Source: a virus. From it: DNA of 64,000 nt. Numbering within the stretch: the first letter of the stretch is position 1; every line of letters begins with the position of its first letter. The DNA is taken from UHGV virus genome UHGV-1374396; one strand, 5' to 3'. Under the pieces are notes generated by a model that saw only the letters and a program-made list of their open reading frames with translations, made no database searches and was not told the origin of the DNA. Below are positions 37,647-48,023 of this stretch, in pieces. Both the position numbers and the translations under genes were made by a program.

Positions 37647-37901
37647 TTATATAGGTATAATAATACTAGAATTAACCTGTATATTGAAAGGGTCATGTAT
37701 ATTATTGATATCGGCAATATCTGCCCATCTACCGGAATCTCCAAAATATATAGCTGATATCTCTTGGAGAGTTTGACCTTCTAATACGGTATGTAAGATA
37801 CCAGAATCTTCTAGGTTTGATGGCCATCTTTCTAATGATACATCATTGTTCTGGTATCTTACTCTATAGCTATTGCTGTGATAAGGTGAAGTTTTACTCA
37901 T
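37647..37901 (-). CDS. LysM-like tail protein (P2 gpX-like)
   Basis: GQTLQEISAIYFGDSGRWADIADINNIHDPFNIQVNSSIIIP resembles a LysM fold. Small protein downstream of the tape measure, as gpX is in P2-like tails. Confidence 0.4.
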   Translation of the reverse strand: MSKTSPYHSNSYRVRYQNNDVSLERWPSNLEDSGILHTVLEGQTLQEISAIYFGDSGRWADIADINNIHDPFNIQVNSSIIIPI

Positions 37902-38928
37902 ACTTAATACCTTTCGTTAACTTTAGCATTTCCATAGATACTATCTCTGAATGCCTTAGGTTAGTTAAACTTACTCTCTTGAATATTAGTTCTTGTGTAG
38001 CTACTGAAGGTTGTAATCCAGGTTGTTTGCCAACCTCTTTGAGCTTCTTAGTATTCTTATCGTAAGCCCTAGAAGCTACTCTCCAGTTAGATAATTTATA
38101 ATCTGCTTTCACTAATATAAAGAACTGGTCCTTGAATACATCAGCTGAGCCCCATCGAATTTGTAATATCGGTGGAGCCTTAACATAACCATCAGCTTTA
38201 GACCAAGCTTCAAGTAATCTACATTTAGTTAATACATCGTCTGGGTTATTTCTATCATCAGAGTACCAACTTATACTGAATGTTATCGAAGTTTCTGAAC
38301 CAGTGTAATGGTACATAGGTAAGTTTCTACCCATAGAATTAATCACTGCCCAGGTATTTTCTGATGTGTGTTGTAATTCTGTTGGTATAGTTTGTAGTTC
38401 TATATACTGTAACTTTTCAGATGAGAAGTTAATTATCTGTATAGAGTTATCTTTACGTAATTGATTACCTAAGATACTTCTGTTGGTATGCTTTTCACTA
38501 TCCTGTGACCAAGATGTTACTAATGGGTCTGAATCTCCAAGTACCCACATACCCTGATGAGCTGTACGGTTTAACCTTGCTGAATTACGATTCAGTATGT
38601 TAACTACAGTACTTCTACTCTTCTTAGCAGCTATTAAATCATTCTTACTACTACCTTCTAGTGATTTAAATTGTTGACCGTACTTTACACTATTTCTCTT
38701 TGGGTCGAAAGACTTGGTAGATTGAGATGTAGTTACTCTGGCTAATGGTTTGGTAACTCTATCTAATAATATCTTGGCTCTCCATAATTTATTAAGAGGG
38801 CCTGATATAACTTCGCTAACGTTTTCATTAGCCAATATATCATTATACCCTTTTAATACTTTACCTACTGGAGTACCAATAGGGTGGTGTAACCCAGACC
38901 TACGTTCTTCTAATATATGTTTTGCCAT
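37894..38928 (-). CDS. Tail protein (gpD / DNA-circulation-like position)
   Basis: 344 aa immediately downstream of the tape measure gene. Assigned by synteny only. Confidence 0.3.
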   Translation of the reverse strand: MAKHILEERRSGLHHPIGTPVGKVLKGYNDILANENVSEVISGPLNKLWRAKILLDRVTKPLARVTTSQSTKSFDPKRNSVKYGQQFKSLEGSSKNDLIAAKKSRSTVVNILNRNSARLNRTAHQGMWVLGDSDPLVTSWSQDSEKHTNRSILGNQLRKDNSIQIINFSSEKLQYIELQTIPTELQHTSENTWAVINSMGRNLPMYHYTGSETSITFSISWYSDDRNNPDDVLTKCRLLEAWSKADGYVKAPPILQIRWGSADVFKDQFFILVKADYKLSNWRVASRAYDKNTKKLKEVGKQPGLQPSVATQELIFKRVSLTNLRHSEIVSMEMLKLTKGIKYE

Positions 38929-38939
38929 ATTACATATTT

Positions 38940-41000
38940 TTAAAATCCATATAATGAATCATCAGAACCTCCTGACATAGGTAAGTTAGTTGATACTGTA
39001 TCTCCATTGGTGAAAGTACCTAATGTCTGACCGTTTATATTAACTTGTATACGGGCTAAGGTACCATCTCTAACTGCTTTCTCTAATCTAGCCATTTCAC
39101 TAGCTTCCTGTGCTGCCCTCTTTTCTTCTTCTGACCTGTGGTCGCCTTGTAACCAATCAAATATCATGGGTAAGAAAGATATTCCTGCAGTAATAGCTAA
39201 TCCCCATGGACCACCTAAGAATCCCATTATACCTCTACCAACTGTACCAAGAACTCCGATACCAGCAGATACTCCTCTAATACCAGTTTGGATAGCTCTA
39301 CTTGATGTACCTATCATAGAAGCCATACGTATACTTCTAGCTCTGTTTACTACCTCTGCTCCGTGTGTCATATTCTTAACACCACTAGCAACTGATGCTG
39401 CCGAAGCTGCTGTATTACCACCATATATTGAACCTACTGGTACAACTCTACCCATTGCATTGGTATATCTTGGGTTACCGTTCTTATCTATTGAGTATCT
39501 GTAACCATTACCTAATGGTAAGAAAGGTTGACCATTCTTTGCTCTAGCTAGATTATTACCTACTACACCAGAATTAAATGCCATACGTTGTAACAATTCA
39601 TTACACATACGTAGGTGTAATTCTAGAGCAGTAGATGCTGCTCCTGTTCCTCTTACAGCGGTTAATGTTTTTGTTGCATTACTTGCAGTTGATAAGAAGT
39701 CTCCTCTTATCACTCTTAGGCTCATTTTTATAAAGCCTAAAGCTGCACGAGCAGTACCAAAGAATATACCTATACCAACTCCGGATATTAACCATTTACC
39801 AAAACCTGATTGGCTTATACTATCCATGATATTGGCTACATTGGACATTACCCTCATTATTGGTATAAATACGTTTGATAAAGCAGCTCCTATGTTTACT
39901 TTCAAGTTTTCAAATGCAGAGTTCAATGTATCTATTCTACCTTGGGGTGTATTTAGATAATCTTGCATTGATTTATCCAGGGTACCTGTAGAACCCTTTA
40001 TCTTATTTAATAATGATAGATATTCTTTGCTACCATTATTAACATCTTCGATAAGAATACTTGCAGCACGCAAACCTCTTGTACCAAATAAACCTTGTAG
40101 AGCAGAGAATCTATCTACAGAGTTAAGGTGATTAGTTGCACTGGCTACCTTCTGTAAAATCTCTTGTAGTGGTAAAGCATTACCTGCAGCATCAGTGAAA
40201 TCCTTCTTTGTAAGGCCCATGAGTTTCATGGCATTTCCACCAGTCTTAGTTTGTCCTGTGATACCTTTTAACATCTGGCTTATGGCTTGTGCAAAGTTAG
40301 TACCAGCCATTGAACCTTGAATACCTCGGTTACCAAGTACACCAATATAGGCAGATAGTTGTTGATAATCTACACCGGCTATCTTTGCAGTAGAAGCAGA
40401 GTATTTGATTGATTGAGCTAAGTCCTGTAATGACATATTAGCAGAAGTGGTAGCAGTAAACATACCATCTGCAATTTCGGTTGCTCTACTAGCTTCTATG
40501 TTAAAGGTAGACATGATATTAGTCATCAAGTCGGCAGTACCTCCTTTACCTCCGATATCCATATCGAAGATGGCTGCTAGTTGAGCTGCAGGTTCTGAAG
40601 CTTCTTTGATTTTATCAAATGTCATACCGGCCATAGCCATAAACTTCTGACCTGAGGTTATATCCTGAGCTGTTAGAGGGTTTCGTAAGTTTATCTCCTG
40701 AGCTGACTTCATCAAATCAGCTTGGTGATTCATACCATCATTTATCATGGTATTAGTTAGCCAGGTATTTTTCTGAACTTGGGCAGAGTACTCGAAAGCT
40801 TCTTTCATAGAGTTAATCATACCTATACCCATATTTAGGTTATTAGTATAGGCTCCGGTTAATCCTCTCTGATAAGTACCGATATCACCAAGCATTTTAT
40901 TCCAACTAGAGACAACATTGCCTGCCGGTCCAGAAAAATGATCCTGTAATACCATTGATACACCAACATTTATCAATGCTGAATTACTTGAACTAAACAT
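38940..41000 (-). CDS. Tail tape measure protein
   Basis: 686 aa, alpha-helical, with Gly/Ala-rich hydrophobic C-terminal segments (GVGIGIFFGTARAALG, GIGVLGTVGRGIMGFLGGPWGLAITAGISF). Positioned after the tube and chaperone genes. Confidence 0.65.
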   Translation of the reverse strand: MFSSSNSALINVGVSMVLQDHFSGPAGNVVSSWNKMLGDIGTYQRGLTGAYTNNLNMGIGMINSMKEAFEYSAQVQKNTWLTNTMINDGMNHQADLMKSAQEINLRNPLTAQDITSGQKFMAMAGMTFDKIKEASEPAAQLAAIFDMDIGGKGGTADLMTNIMSTFNIEASRATEIADGMFTATTSANMSLQDLAQSIKYSASTAKIAGVDYQQLSAYIGVLGNRGIQGSMAGTNFAQAISQMLKGITGQTKTGGNAMKLMGLTKKDFTDAAGNALPLQEILQKVASATNHLNSVDRFSALQGLFGTRGLRAASILIEDVNNGSKEYLSLLNKIKGSTGTLDKSMQDYLNTPQGRIDTLNSAFENLKVNIGAALSNVFIPIMRVMSNVANIMDSISQSGFGKWLISGVGIGIFFGTARAALGFIKMSLRVIRGDFLSTASNATKTLTAVRGTGAASTALELHLRMCNELLQRMAFNSGVVGNNLARAKNGQPFLPLGNGYRYSIDKNGNPRYTNAMGRVVPVGSIYGGNTAASAASVASGVKNMTHGAEVVNRARSIRMASMIGTSSRAIQTGIRGVSAGIGVLGTVGRGIMGFLGGPWGLAITAGISFLPMIFDWLQGDHRSEEEKRAAQEASEMARLEKAVRDGTLARIQVNINGQTLGTFTNGDTVSTNLPMSGGSDDSLYGF

Positions 41001-41001
41001 A

Positions 41002-41972
41002 TTATTTATGTGTTTTACTTAGTTTATCTCTATATTCATAATAAGCCTCTGCAGCTTTTCGGAATTGTTCTCTTACCCTCAACGGAAGACGCAAAAAGCA
41101 GAAATAGTCTCCGACAACTATTTCTGCTCTCTGTATGTATATAAATTGGGCTACGATTGAACTGTGTACATCTTTGCCATTGTCATCGTCTACTACGCTT
41201 CCGTCAGAAAGAAAAAACGAGGTGCTCCTATGATAGAATACTTAGCCTTTTCTCCTGTTCTTGGGTTTTCTATATCAGTTACACCGGTAAATACTGGGTC
41301 TATGGTTGATACTATTTCTCGTATCTCTGCCATATCTTTAATTGAGAATAGATTAAATCTTTCAACTCTTTCCCATTTTTCTCCTACCAATAGCATTAGA
41401 TTACGAGCTAATAGGTCTGAGTTTCTTGTTTGTTTCTCTAATGGCATAGTAACTAGATATTTCTCTGCATTACCATCCATTAGGTCAAACTTAATTTGTT
41501 TACCTGATTCTAGTGTAGCTGCATATCCTTTGAAACCTAATTCCAAGCAAGCTTCTCTAGCTGGGTAGAAAGGTATAGCATTGGGCTTTTCGTTAATCTC
41601 TTCTTCAGTGATGTCCTTTGAATAATCCAATAACATTTCTCTTAAATCTTGAGAGTAGTATGTAGGTACACTTTCACCTGGCCATACATATTGGAATTCA
41701 ACCTCTTCTCCTAAGGAGAATATTCTTGATTGGAACAAGATAGCGTATCTGTCCAATAAAGGCATATCCAAGGCATCTTGAATACTTAGTTTACGTCTAG
41801 TAGTATAATCTGTATCTACTACGATTGAGGCAATGAATTTAGTGATATTCATCAACCCTTTAGCATCAGCTGGGTTTGATAGAATTTCTTCGTCTTCACC
41901 ATTCTCCTCACGAATTGTGTAACTGTACCCAGATGGGGCAATAAATTGAAATGTTCTTAATTGTTCTTCCAT
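41002..41972 (-). CDS. Tail assembly chaperone: short form 41193-41972, and long form extended by a -1 programmed frameshift to 41002
   Basis: 0-frame ORF ends ...GAPRFFFLTEA* at 41193. The slippery heptamer T_TTT_TTC (plus-strand gaaaaaa, 41211-41217) opens a 63-codon -1 frame without stops that ends at TAA 41002-41004, 1 nt before the tape-measure ATG. This matches the conserved G/GT arrangement. Confidence 0.55.
41211..41217 (-). other. -1 ribosomal frameshift slippery site T_TTT_TTC
   Basis: Codons CGT TTT TTC in the 0 frame. The -1 frame reads FFLSDGSVVDDDNGKDVHSSIVAQFIYIQRAEIVVGDYFCFLRLPLRVREQFRKAAEAYYEYRDKLSKTHK*. Confidence 0.5.
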
Positions 41973-42049
41973 GTTTAATATGTCTGTTTGGTTGTTAATA
42001 ACAAGAAAAGGTAAGTCCTGGTTAATACCCAGAGCCTACCTTTAATATC

Positions 42050-42514
42050 TTAATACTGATCTACAGTTCCTACAGAGAACTCGATTCTTTCGATAGTATT
42101 TTCTGAAGCAGTTCTATCGAAGTTGATACCATCAACCTTAGTTGGCCAAACTTCTTCAAGGTGCCACGTATTAAGTACTGTAGTACCATCTTCTGCTAGT
42201 TCGTTAACTATTGCAGTTTCCCAGTAATCAGAAGGAACTAATCCACCTCCTAATATGGGATCTTGAGCAGAGAACAACCAGTCCCAAATCCAGGTATCAG
42301 AACCCGATGTTACTTTTAATTTCTCTACTTTCATATTGCCTACCTTAACTCGACCGGCAGTTTTAACATCTCTATTAATGTCTCCGTGTTCTACCTGGTC
42401 AACTGTAATATCTGGCAAATCACATTTCTGGCACAGATAAGTATTGATTGGGTGTTTTGGGAAACTAATTGAGAATAGAAACTTTTTACGAGGGTTTTTA
42501 ACTTTTGCTCCCAT
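42050..42514 (-). CDS. Tail tube protein
   Basis: 154 aa directly downstream of the sheath gene. Assigned by position. Confidence 0.5.
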   Translation of the reverse strand: MGAKVKNPRKKFLFSISFPKHPINTYLCQKCDLPDITVDQVEHGDINRDVKTAGRVKVGNMKVEKLKVTSGSDTWIWDWLFSAQDPILGGGLVPSDYWETAIVNELAEDGTTVLNTWHLEEVWPTKVDGINFDRTASENTIERIEFSVGTVDQY

Positions 42515-42525
42515 TCTAGTATATT

Positions 42526-44214
42526 TTATTTAGTTGTTGTTGAATTATTATTCACATCCATAGTAATTGATTTACTAGCTTTCTCAAGAACTACATCTAC
42601 GTTAATTTGTTGCATAGATACAATGTCCTTGAATGAGAAGATAATATGGTACTTACCTTGGCGTACATCTTCTTCGGTATTTACCTTTAAATCTTTCCAA
42701 GATGAAGCATGTTGGTCACCTTGCCATACTGGGTCAGTTAAAGCATTATTATCTACCCAAGAACTGATTAGTGGTTTAACTCTTGCATAGATGTCTGCCC
42801 AAGTGTTCCAGATATTAGGTTCTTCTATATAAGACTCTAATATAGGTCTTAGGGTCTTCTTTATATTAAGGATAAGTCCAGTGTTGCCTATGAAACGGAA
42901 TGAATCCTGTTTTACTTGTGATGTAAAGTTATGCCATAGGACTGTACGTTTTCCAAAGCTAGGTGTATCTTTTACTACGAAGATGTTGATGTAGTTGTTA
43001 GCTAATAACTCCAAATCATTAGTTCTAGCTGGAGAACCGAAGTTAGCAACCGCAGGACCTGCAGCATCACTAACAACTCCTCGGTTTACTCCGGCAAATG
43101 AATAGTTATATCCAAAACCAGTAGCAGATGAATCCGCTAAACCTAATACTGTACCGAGAACATCAGCATTCTGAGGTAGTCCGAAAGAGTTTGCATATTT
43201 TAATCCTCCTGCGAAGTAAGATATCCACTTTGAATGGCCTATTGCTGCTTGCAATTGTGAAGCTGCCTGAACTATTTTCTCTAAAGTTTTTGGTGTTACT
43301 TTATCAGAATCATACCAAGGTATCTCAATGTATGATCTGAACTCATTTACTTCATCAAGTAGTTGTCTCAACTTGATATACACTTTTAGAGATTCAGATG
43401 TTCCTAAGTGTTGGTCGATATGAGATAGTCCTACGTTGTAGCTATCAGTGTAGTCCTTTACAAACTCCAAAGCATTTATCCATTCTGCACTAGTAGCAGC
43501 TGAAGTTTCTGCTTTACCAATAGTACCAGCAGCAGTTGCAGCCTTGATAACTACAGCTATTGCAGTTGCAGTGTTATCTATTTTAGCTAATCTGTTAAGG
43601 AATGATTCTACAGATACAGCTTCAGCTTCAGCTTCGGCATTCATTTTAACCATACTTACCTTGAAGTAGTTATTGTTTTGAATCCAATTTGCCAAAGCAA
43701 GGTAATCTACTGATGTAAGGTTATTAGCATCCTTTGTTTTATATGTGAATATTGGTCCAGCTTCAACTGTGGTACCGTTGCCACCAATCACTTCATAATA
43801 TAAAGTGTTATTGTTTGTGGTAAATTTAACACTGAAGGTATCAGATGTACCAATAGGTTCTCCAGCTCTACGAGTAGTTAGTTTAACACCAACAGTAACA
43901 TTATCAGCTTGGATAGTGAAACAAGGTTTATTCAAGTTTACTGCACCTGGTTGTGAACCTGGTCCAACAACTCTAACGATTCTTAACTTTGAACCACCCA
44001 TTAGGGCAGCCTGTATATTAGACATAGAACCATCTGGTACTATTTCTTCACCAAACACTCTAGCAAAGTGAGTAGTTGAATTGATTAATACAGATGGGTC
44101 TAGTACTGGGCCTTTAGTAGTACGGGCCAGTACTGTTGATACTCCATTTACAGGAGTACTTACTTCAACGTTATTATTGATAAAGTTGAAGTTAATCTTT
44201 GGTGTACTAGACAT
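42526..44214 (-). CDS. Contractile tail sheath protein
   Basis: 562 aa followed by the tube, chaperone and tape measure genes in the usual myovirus order. Confidence 0.65.
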   Translation of the reverse strand: MSSTPKINFNFINNNVEVSTPVNGVSTVLARTTKGPVLDPSVLINSTTHFARVFGEEIVPDGSMSNIQAALMGGSKLRIVRVVGPGSQPGAVNLNKPCFTIQADNVTVGVKLTTRRAGEPIGTSDTFSVKFTTNNNTLYYEVIGGNGTTVEAGPIFTYKTKDANNLTSVDYLALANWIQNNNYFKVSMVKMNAEAEAEAVSVESFLNRLAKIDNTATAIAVVIKAATAAGTIGKAETSAATSAEWINALEFVKDYTDSYNVGLSHIDQHLGTSESLKVYIKLRQLLDEVNEFRSYIEIPWYDSDKVTPKTLEKIVQAASQLQAAIGHSKWISYFAGGLKYANSFGLPQNADVLGTVLGLADSSATGFGYNYSFAGVNRGVVSDAAGPAVANFGSPARTNDLELLANNYINIFVVKDTPSFGKRTVLWHNFTSQVKQDSFRFIGNTGLILNIKKTLRPILESYIEEPNIWNTWADIYARVKPLISSWVDNNALTDPVWQGDQHASSWKDLKVNTEEDVRQGKYHIIFSFKDIVSMQQINVDVVLEKASKSITMDVNNNSTTTK

Positions 44215-44260
44215 TTTTACTTATTTTTAAATGTTATTTAATAAATACATTTGAGTATCG

Positions 44261-44965
44261 TTATATACCCTTTACATCTAACTCTACACTGCTTATATTA
44301 CTGTTTAATAAGGTTGATATATCCTTTATAGGTTTTATGATATCTTGGTTTGACTTCTCTAGAAGTAAGCCATCTTTAACATGATAAGCATATACCTTTT
44401 CTAGCATACCATGTGTTAAGTCAGGCATATCATAATAATTACCTATCTCTATAAATAGATTACCGCTTGGTGATAGAGTTCCTTTTCTCCATTCTTTAAG
44501 GTCATTGAAATAAGGTTTTATGTAACCTACTGCAGGTAATGCTCTGTACATAATATCGTGTAGCACCCTCATTTGATTTTGAGTATCTGCCACTAGGTGT
44601 ACGTCTATTACTGTATCTTTACTAGTAAAATCATATTCTACAGTTTGGAAACCATCATTATCTCCCTCTAATTTCTCTAGTTCATATTTATTTAAGCCTA
44701 TATCTCCAGGATAGTAAGCTTTTAATTCTACTGTAATTCTAGGGTTATCTTTTATACCTCTAGATTGGTTATTACCTATACCAAATACGTATACGAACTT
44801 ATCACCTATTCGCTCCTTATCAGCTTTGTATTTGTCATATAACTCTTTAGTTGGTGCACCGTCTACTAAGTAATCTTCAGGGTTAATGGTTAAACCTTTG
44901 TTGATTGCCTCATGTAAAAGGGATACATAAAAAGTTCTTTCTATTATTTCTTCTGATGTTACCAT
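44261..44965 (-). CDS. Hypothetical structural protein (tail completion / neck region)
   Basis: 234-aa ORF upstream of the sheath gene. Confidence 0.35.
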   Translation of the reverse strand: MVTSEEIIERTFYVSLLHEAINKGLTINPEDYLVDGAPTKELYDKYKADKERIGDKFVYVFGIGNNQSRGIKDNPRITVELKAYYPGDIGLNKYELEKLEGDNDGFQTVEYDFTSKDTVIDVHLVADTQNQMRVLHDIMYRALPAVGYIKPYFNDLKEWRKGTLSPSGNLFIEIGNYYDMPDLTHGMLEKVYAYHVKDGLLLEKSNQDIIKPIKDISTLLNSNISSVELDVKGI

Positions 44966-44968
44966 AGG

Positions 44969-45238
44969 CTATCTTTTTGGTATGTACTCTACTGGGATAG
45001 TTAAAACAGTTTGACCTTTTACCTTTATAACTATCGTCTTCTTAACTTTTAAATTATTCGAAGTGATATCAGATTTGTTAGGGTATAAAGGTCCTGGACC
45101 TATACCTTCCAATAGTACTGATATACTTCCTTTACCTCTACCAGATTGATTAACAAGTGAAAACTTTATATCTCGAAATCTTGGTTGTCCTAGATTGTTT
45201 TCACTTATACCATTACCTGTAGTTGATTCTCCATTCAT
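44969..45238 (-). CDS. Hypothetical small structural protein
   Basis: 89-aa ORF. Confidence 0.3.
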   Translation of the reverse strand: MNGESTTGNGISENNLGQPRFRDIKFSLVNQSGRGKGSISVLLEGIGPGPLYPNKSDITSNNLKVKKTIVIKVKGQTVLTIPVEYIPKR

Positions 45239-45789
45239 TTTGTATACCTCCTTACTTTACTTCTTATTACTTTTATTAATTCTGATTTAAACTTCTCTTT
45301 ACCACCTACAGATTTAAATAGAGGTGCCCAGAGAGGTCTTGGTGGTATTCTACCTGAGTGATCACCATACTCTAAAACTTTGGCTACATTACTAAGACTA
45401 ATGCGGTATTTTGCATTATCAGGTCTAGTTTTAATTGTAGAACTTGGTACTCCCACATATATATTACGACCTCTTCTTCTAACAGCTATAGAGCGGTAGT
45501 ACTGAGAAGACCAATATAAAAGTGTGTGGGCCCCCAATTGTTTTATTGTAGATTCTGTGTGAGGTGGCCAAGATACACCTGAACCGCTTGGTGGCATACC
45601 TTGCCTCAGACATTTTTTAGCCATTCTTGATAAACGTTCACCAAACTTATAAGCTGCTTCTTCGTATGAACTTGTAAATATATGAGGTATATTCTTAAGT
45701 AAATTTGTAGCTTTAGCTTGTTGAGTAGGATTTACGTATATCTTTAAATCACCAACTGCAGTTGGTAGTGTAATACCTAATGATGGCAT
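45235..45789 (-). CDS. Hypothetical structural protein
   Basis: 184-aa ORF. Start codon lies 18 nt downstream of a 10-bp-stem hairpin. Confidence 0.35.
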   Translation of the reverse strand: MPSLGITLPTAVGDLKIYVNPTQQAKATNLLKNIPHIFTSSYEEAAYKFGERLSRMAKKCLRQGMPPSGSGVSWPPHTESTIKQLGAHTLLYWSSQYYRSIAVRRRGRNIYVGVPSSTIKTRPDNAKYRISLSNVAKVLEYGDHSGRIPPRPLWAPLFKSVGGKEKFKSELIKVIRSKVRRYTK

Positions 45790-45807
45790 ATGTTGAATTA
45801 CATACTA

Positions 45808-45843
45808 ATGAAGCCTACTAGATATTACACTAATAGGCTTCAT
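45808..45843 (-). promoter_or_regulatory. Perfect 10-bp-stem hairpin (atgaagccta / taggcttcat, 16-nt loop) in a 57-bp intergenic gap
   Basis: Inverted repeat read directly from the sequence. No U-run follows it on either strand. Confidence 0.35.
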
Positions 45844-45846
45844 GCG

Positions 45847-46308
45847 TTAATAATAAGTTAATAGGTTAAAATATATGATAGCCAGAACTAATACTTCTCC
45901 TACATACATTGATTTTTTACCTATTGTAAAGTGGTATATAATGTACGATGTTATTACCCAACCAGTTATGTATGGGTGAAATATTGCTGACCATATAACA
46001 GATGATATACAAGCTGTCCAAGCACCTATATTATGTGCAAGTTTACCGTGTGTTTTATAATGAGGTTCTGTTCCTACAAGTATCAAACCTATACAAGAAA
46101 AGAAAGCAAAACACCCATAATCCTCTGACATATTTACCATAGGTAAGAATAGTAAACCAGCAGTTATTACCATTACTACAGAGAAAAGCCATTTCTCTTT
46201 TGTGATGTAGTAATTATCCGAAATATACTCTCCGATACCATACCGTATAGCTGAATATGATAACCAACTACTCATGAGTAATAAGCTTATTAGTACTAGT
46301 GCTTGCAT
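45847..46308 (-). CDS. Polytopic membrane protein (4 predicted TM helices) embedded in the structural module
   Basis: Hydrophobic segments QALVLISLLLMSSWL, LFSVVMVITAGLLFLPMV, FFSCIGLILVGT, ISSVIWSAIF, VLVLAIIYFNLL. Confidence 0.45.
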   Translation of the reverse strand: MQALVLISLLLMSSWLSYSAIRYGIGEYISDNYYITKEKWLFSVVMVITAGLLFLPMVNMSEDYGCFAFFSCIGLILVGTEPHYKTHGKLAHNIGAWTACISSVIWSAIFHPYITGWVITSYIIYHFTIGKKSMYVGEVLVLAIIYFNLLTYY

Positions 46309-46314
46309 AACTTA

Positions 46315-46836
46315 CTAAGTTTTAAAATTTAACTTCTCTGGGTAGTTAACTCTGTAATCATATGCTCTAACCTCTTGTATATTAGTAAGAGCCTTTACGT
46401 TTGCCTTATGTTCTTCGGTTGTATCAAAACAGCTTAAGGCATACTCCTCTAATTTGGATAATATACCTATAACAATATCACAGTTTAGTGTTACCTTTTG
46501 TCCCATAACCCATAGGGTTGTATCTGTTTTACCGAGATACTTAAGTCTAGCCGTAGAGTGCATCAAACCAACTCTAGTTTCTCTGTCTAACCAGAGAGGT
46601 ATACCATTTAGGAAGAACTGATTAACTTCATTACTTTGGTCATATACCTCTATGTCTAATAGTTTTGCCTCTTTCTCTTCGTTGAGTAATTCTGCCTCAG
46701 TCTTCTCTAGTTTAACTTCTTCAACGAAGCCAGCTGCCTTTAATTGGTCAGCTGAAGGGTTGAATATTACCATATCATTTATGGTAATTCTATTTGTTGC
46801 GTAAACTTTTACGCCGTCTACTTCTTTATACCACAT
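46315..46836 (-). CDS. Hypothetical structural protein
   Basis: 173-aa ORF. Confidence 0.35.
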   Translation of the reverse strand: MWYKEVDGVKVYATNRITINDMVIFNPSADQLKAAGFVEEVKLEKTEAELLNEEKEAKLLDIEVYDQSNEVNQFFLNGIPLWLDRETRVGLMHSTARLKYLGKTDTTLWVMGQKVTLNCDIVIGILSKLEEYALSCFDTTEEHKANVKALTNIQEVRAYDYRVNYPEKLNFKT

Positions 46837-46838
46837 AG

Positions 46839-48023
46839 TTATCTTCTCTTCTTTAAAATTACTCTTTTATCTCTAGCAGCTCTACTTATTAAGTCACTTG
46901 GTATTCTGTTTACCAATGACTCTGCTAATATAACACTACAAGTTGAATTATCTGGTACTGCACTGTTATCTACCATATAGGTAATACTATCTATATCAAG
47001 TTCAGCACAAGGTTCTAAGTCTAATAAGGTTAGTTTAGCACCTAGATTCTGTAACTTTATAGACTTTAACTTACGGCACAAGAAACTCACCCACGTTACA
47101 TGGTTAATCATGAATATATTCATCTTATCAACGTAAGTTAAACGGTCACAGCCATAGAATGTACTGTATAAACTTGTACCATTACCTACTGGGTTCTCAC
47201 TTATACTGATACCATAACAAGATATTAACCTATTACATAGTTTAAATAAATCTTGTGGATCTCTTATCTTTACATTACCTAAGTCGGCCCATACTATCGG
47301 GTGCGACTTATTGTCTTTACTAACAGGAGTATTGAAAGTTAAGTACCTAATTTCTTCAGGTAAAGTTATTGTATTAAGTCCAGGTGTTAAAGGTATATCC
47401 TTATTCTCACCACTGTTAAGTCTTATCTTAAGTACTGAATCGTCTCCACTTACAAGTATACGAGCTGGTCTAAGATTATCATCCTTTATTATTGGTGGAA
47501 AAAACTCTTCCTTCAATACAAAGTTTCCAAACGTGAATGTAGGTGTTTGGTTATCGTTGATAGCAGTTAAAGGCATATGTAATATTATACTATCACTTTT
47601 AGTAATGAAATATAATATTACACTTTTCTTCTCTGGTTCAGTTGATATAGTATGATAAGCTAATGAATATTCTTCTCTTCTGCCGTATGACAGTATATCT
47701 CTAGAACTTTTTCCATCAAACACTATTATACCGAAAAGGTCTCCATACATAGTATAACTAGTTAACACTTCATAATCAAAGGTTAACTTATATAATGTGT
47801 TAGGTTTTACCTTTATTTTTTTCTCTAAAGCATCTACTCCAGGCACTAGACGTTTGATTTTCATAGTAGAGATATCGTCTTTCTTTACTATATCTATCAA
47901 TGTGTTATTCCAGCCTCTATAATTTTCCCAGGACAAAAGATTGTTGATAGAACTAAATTCGCCACTATCATTCATATAACGTCTTCTACTCATAATTAAT
48001 AGGATTATTAAGCTAATACCCAA
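46839..48023 (-). CDS. Hypothetical structural protein
   Basis: 394-aa ORF. Confidence 0.35.
   Translation of the reverse strand: MGISLIILLIMSRRRYMNDSGEFSSINNLLSWENYRGWNNTLIDIVKKDDISTMKIKRLVPGVDALEKKIKVKPNTLYKLTFDYEVLTSYTMYGDLFGIIVFDGKSSRDILSYGRREEYSLAYHTISTEPEKKSVILYFITKSDSIILHMPLTAINDNQTPTFTFGNFVLKEEFFPPIIKDDNLRPARILVSGDDSVLKIRLNSGENKDIPLTPGLNTITLPEEIRYLTFNTPVSKDNKSHPIVWADLGNVKIRDPQDLFKLCNRLISCYGISISENPVGNGTSLYSTFYGCDRLTYVDKMNIFMINHVTWVSFLCRKLKSIKLQNLGAKLTLLDLEPCAELDIDSITYMVDNSAVPDNSTCSVILAESLVNRIPSDLISRAARDKRVILKKRR

Noticed and set aside
41164-41568. Plus-strand 134-aa ORF from the six-frame track
   Set aside because: It lies antisense to the tail chaperone gene and its -1 frameshift extension. 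The minus-strand reading, with the slippery site and a stop abutting the tape-measure start, explains this region far better.
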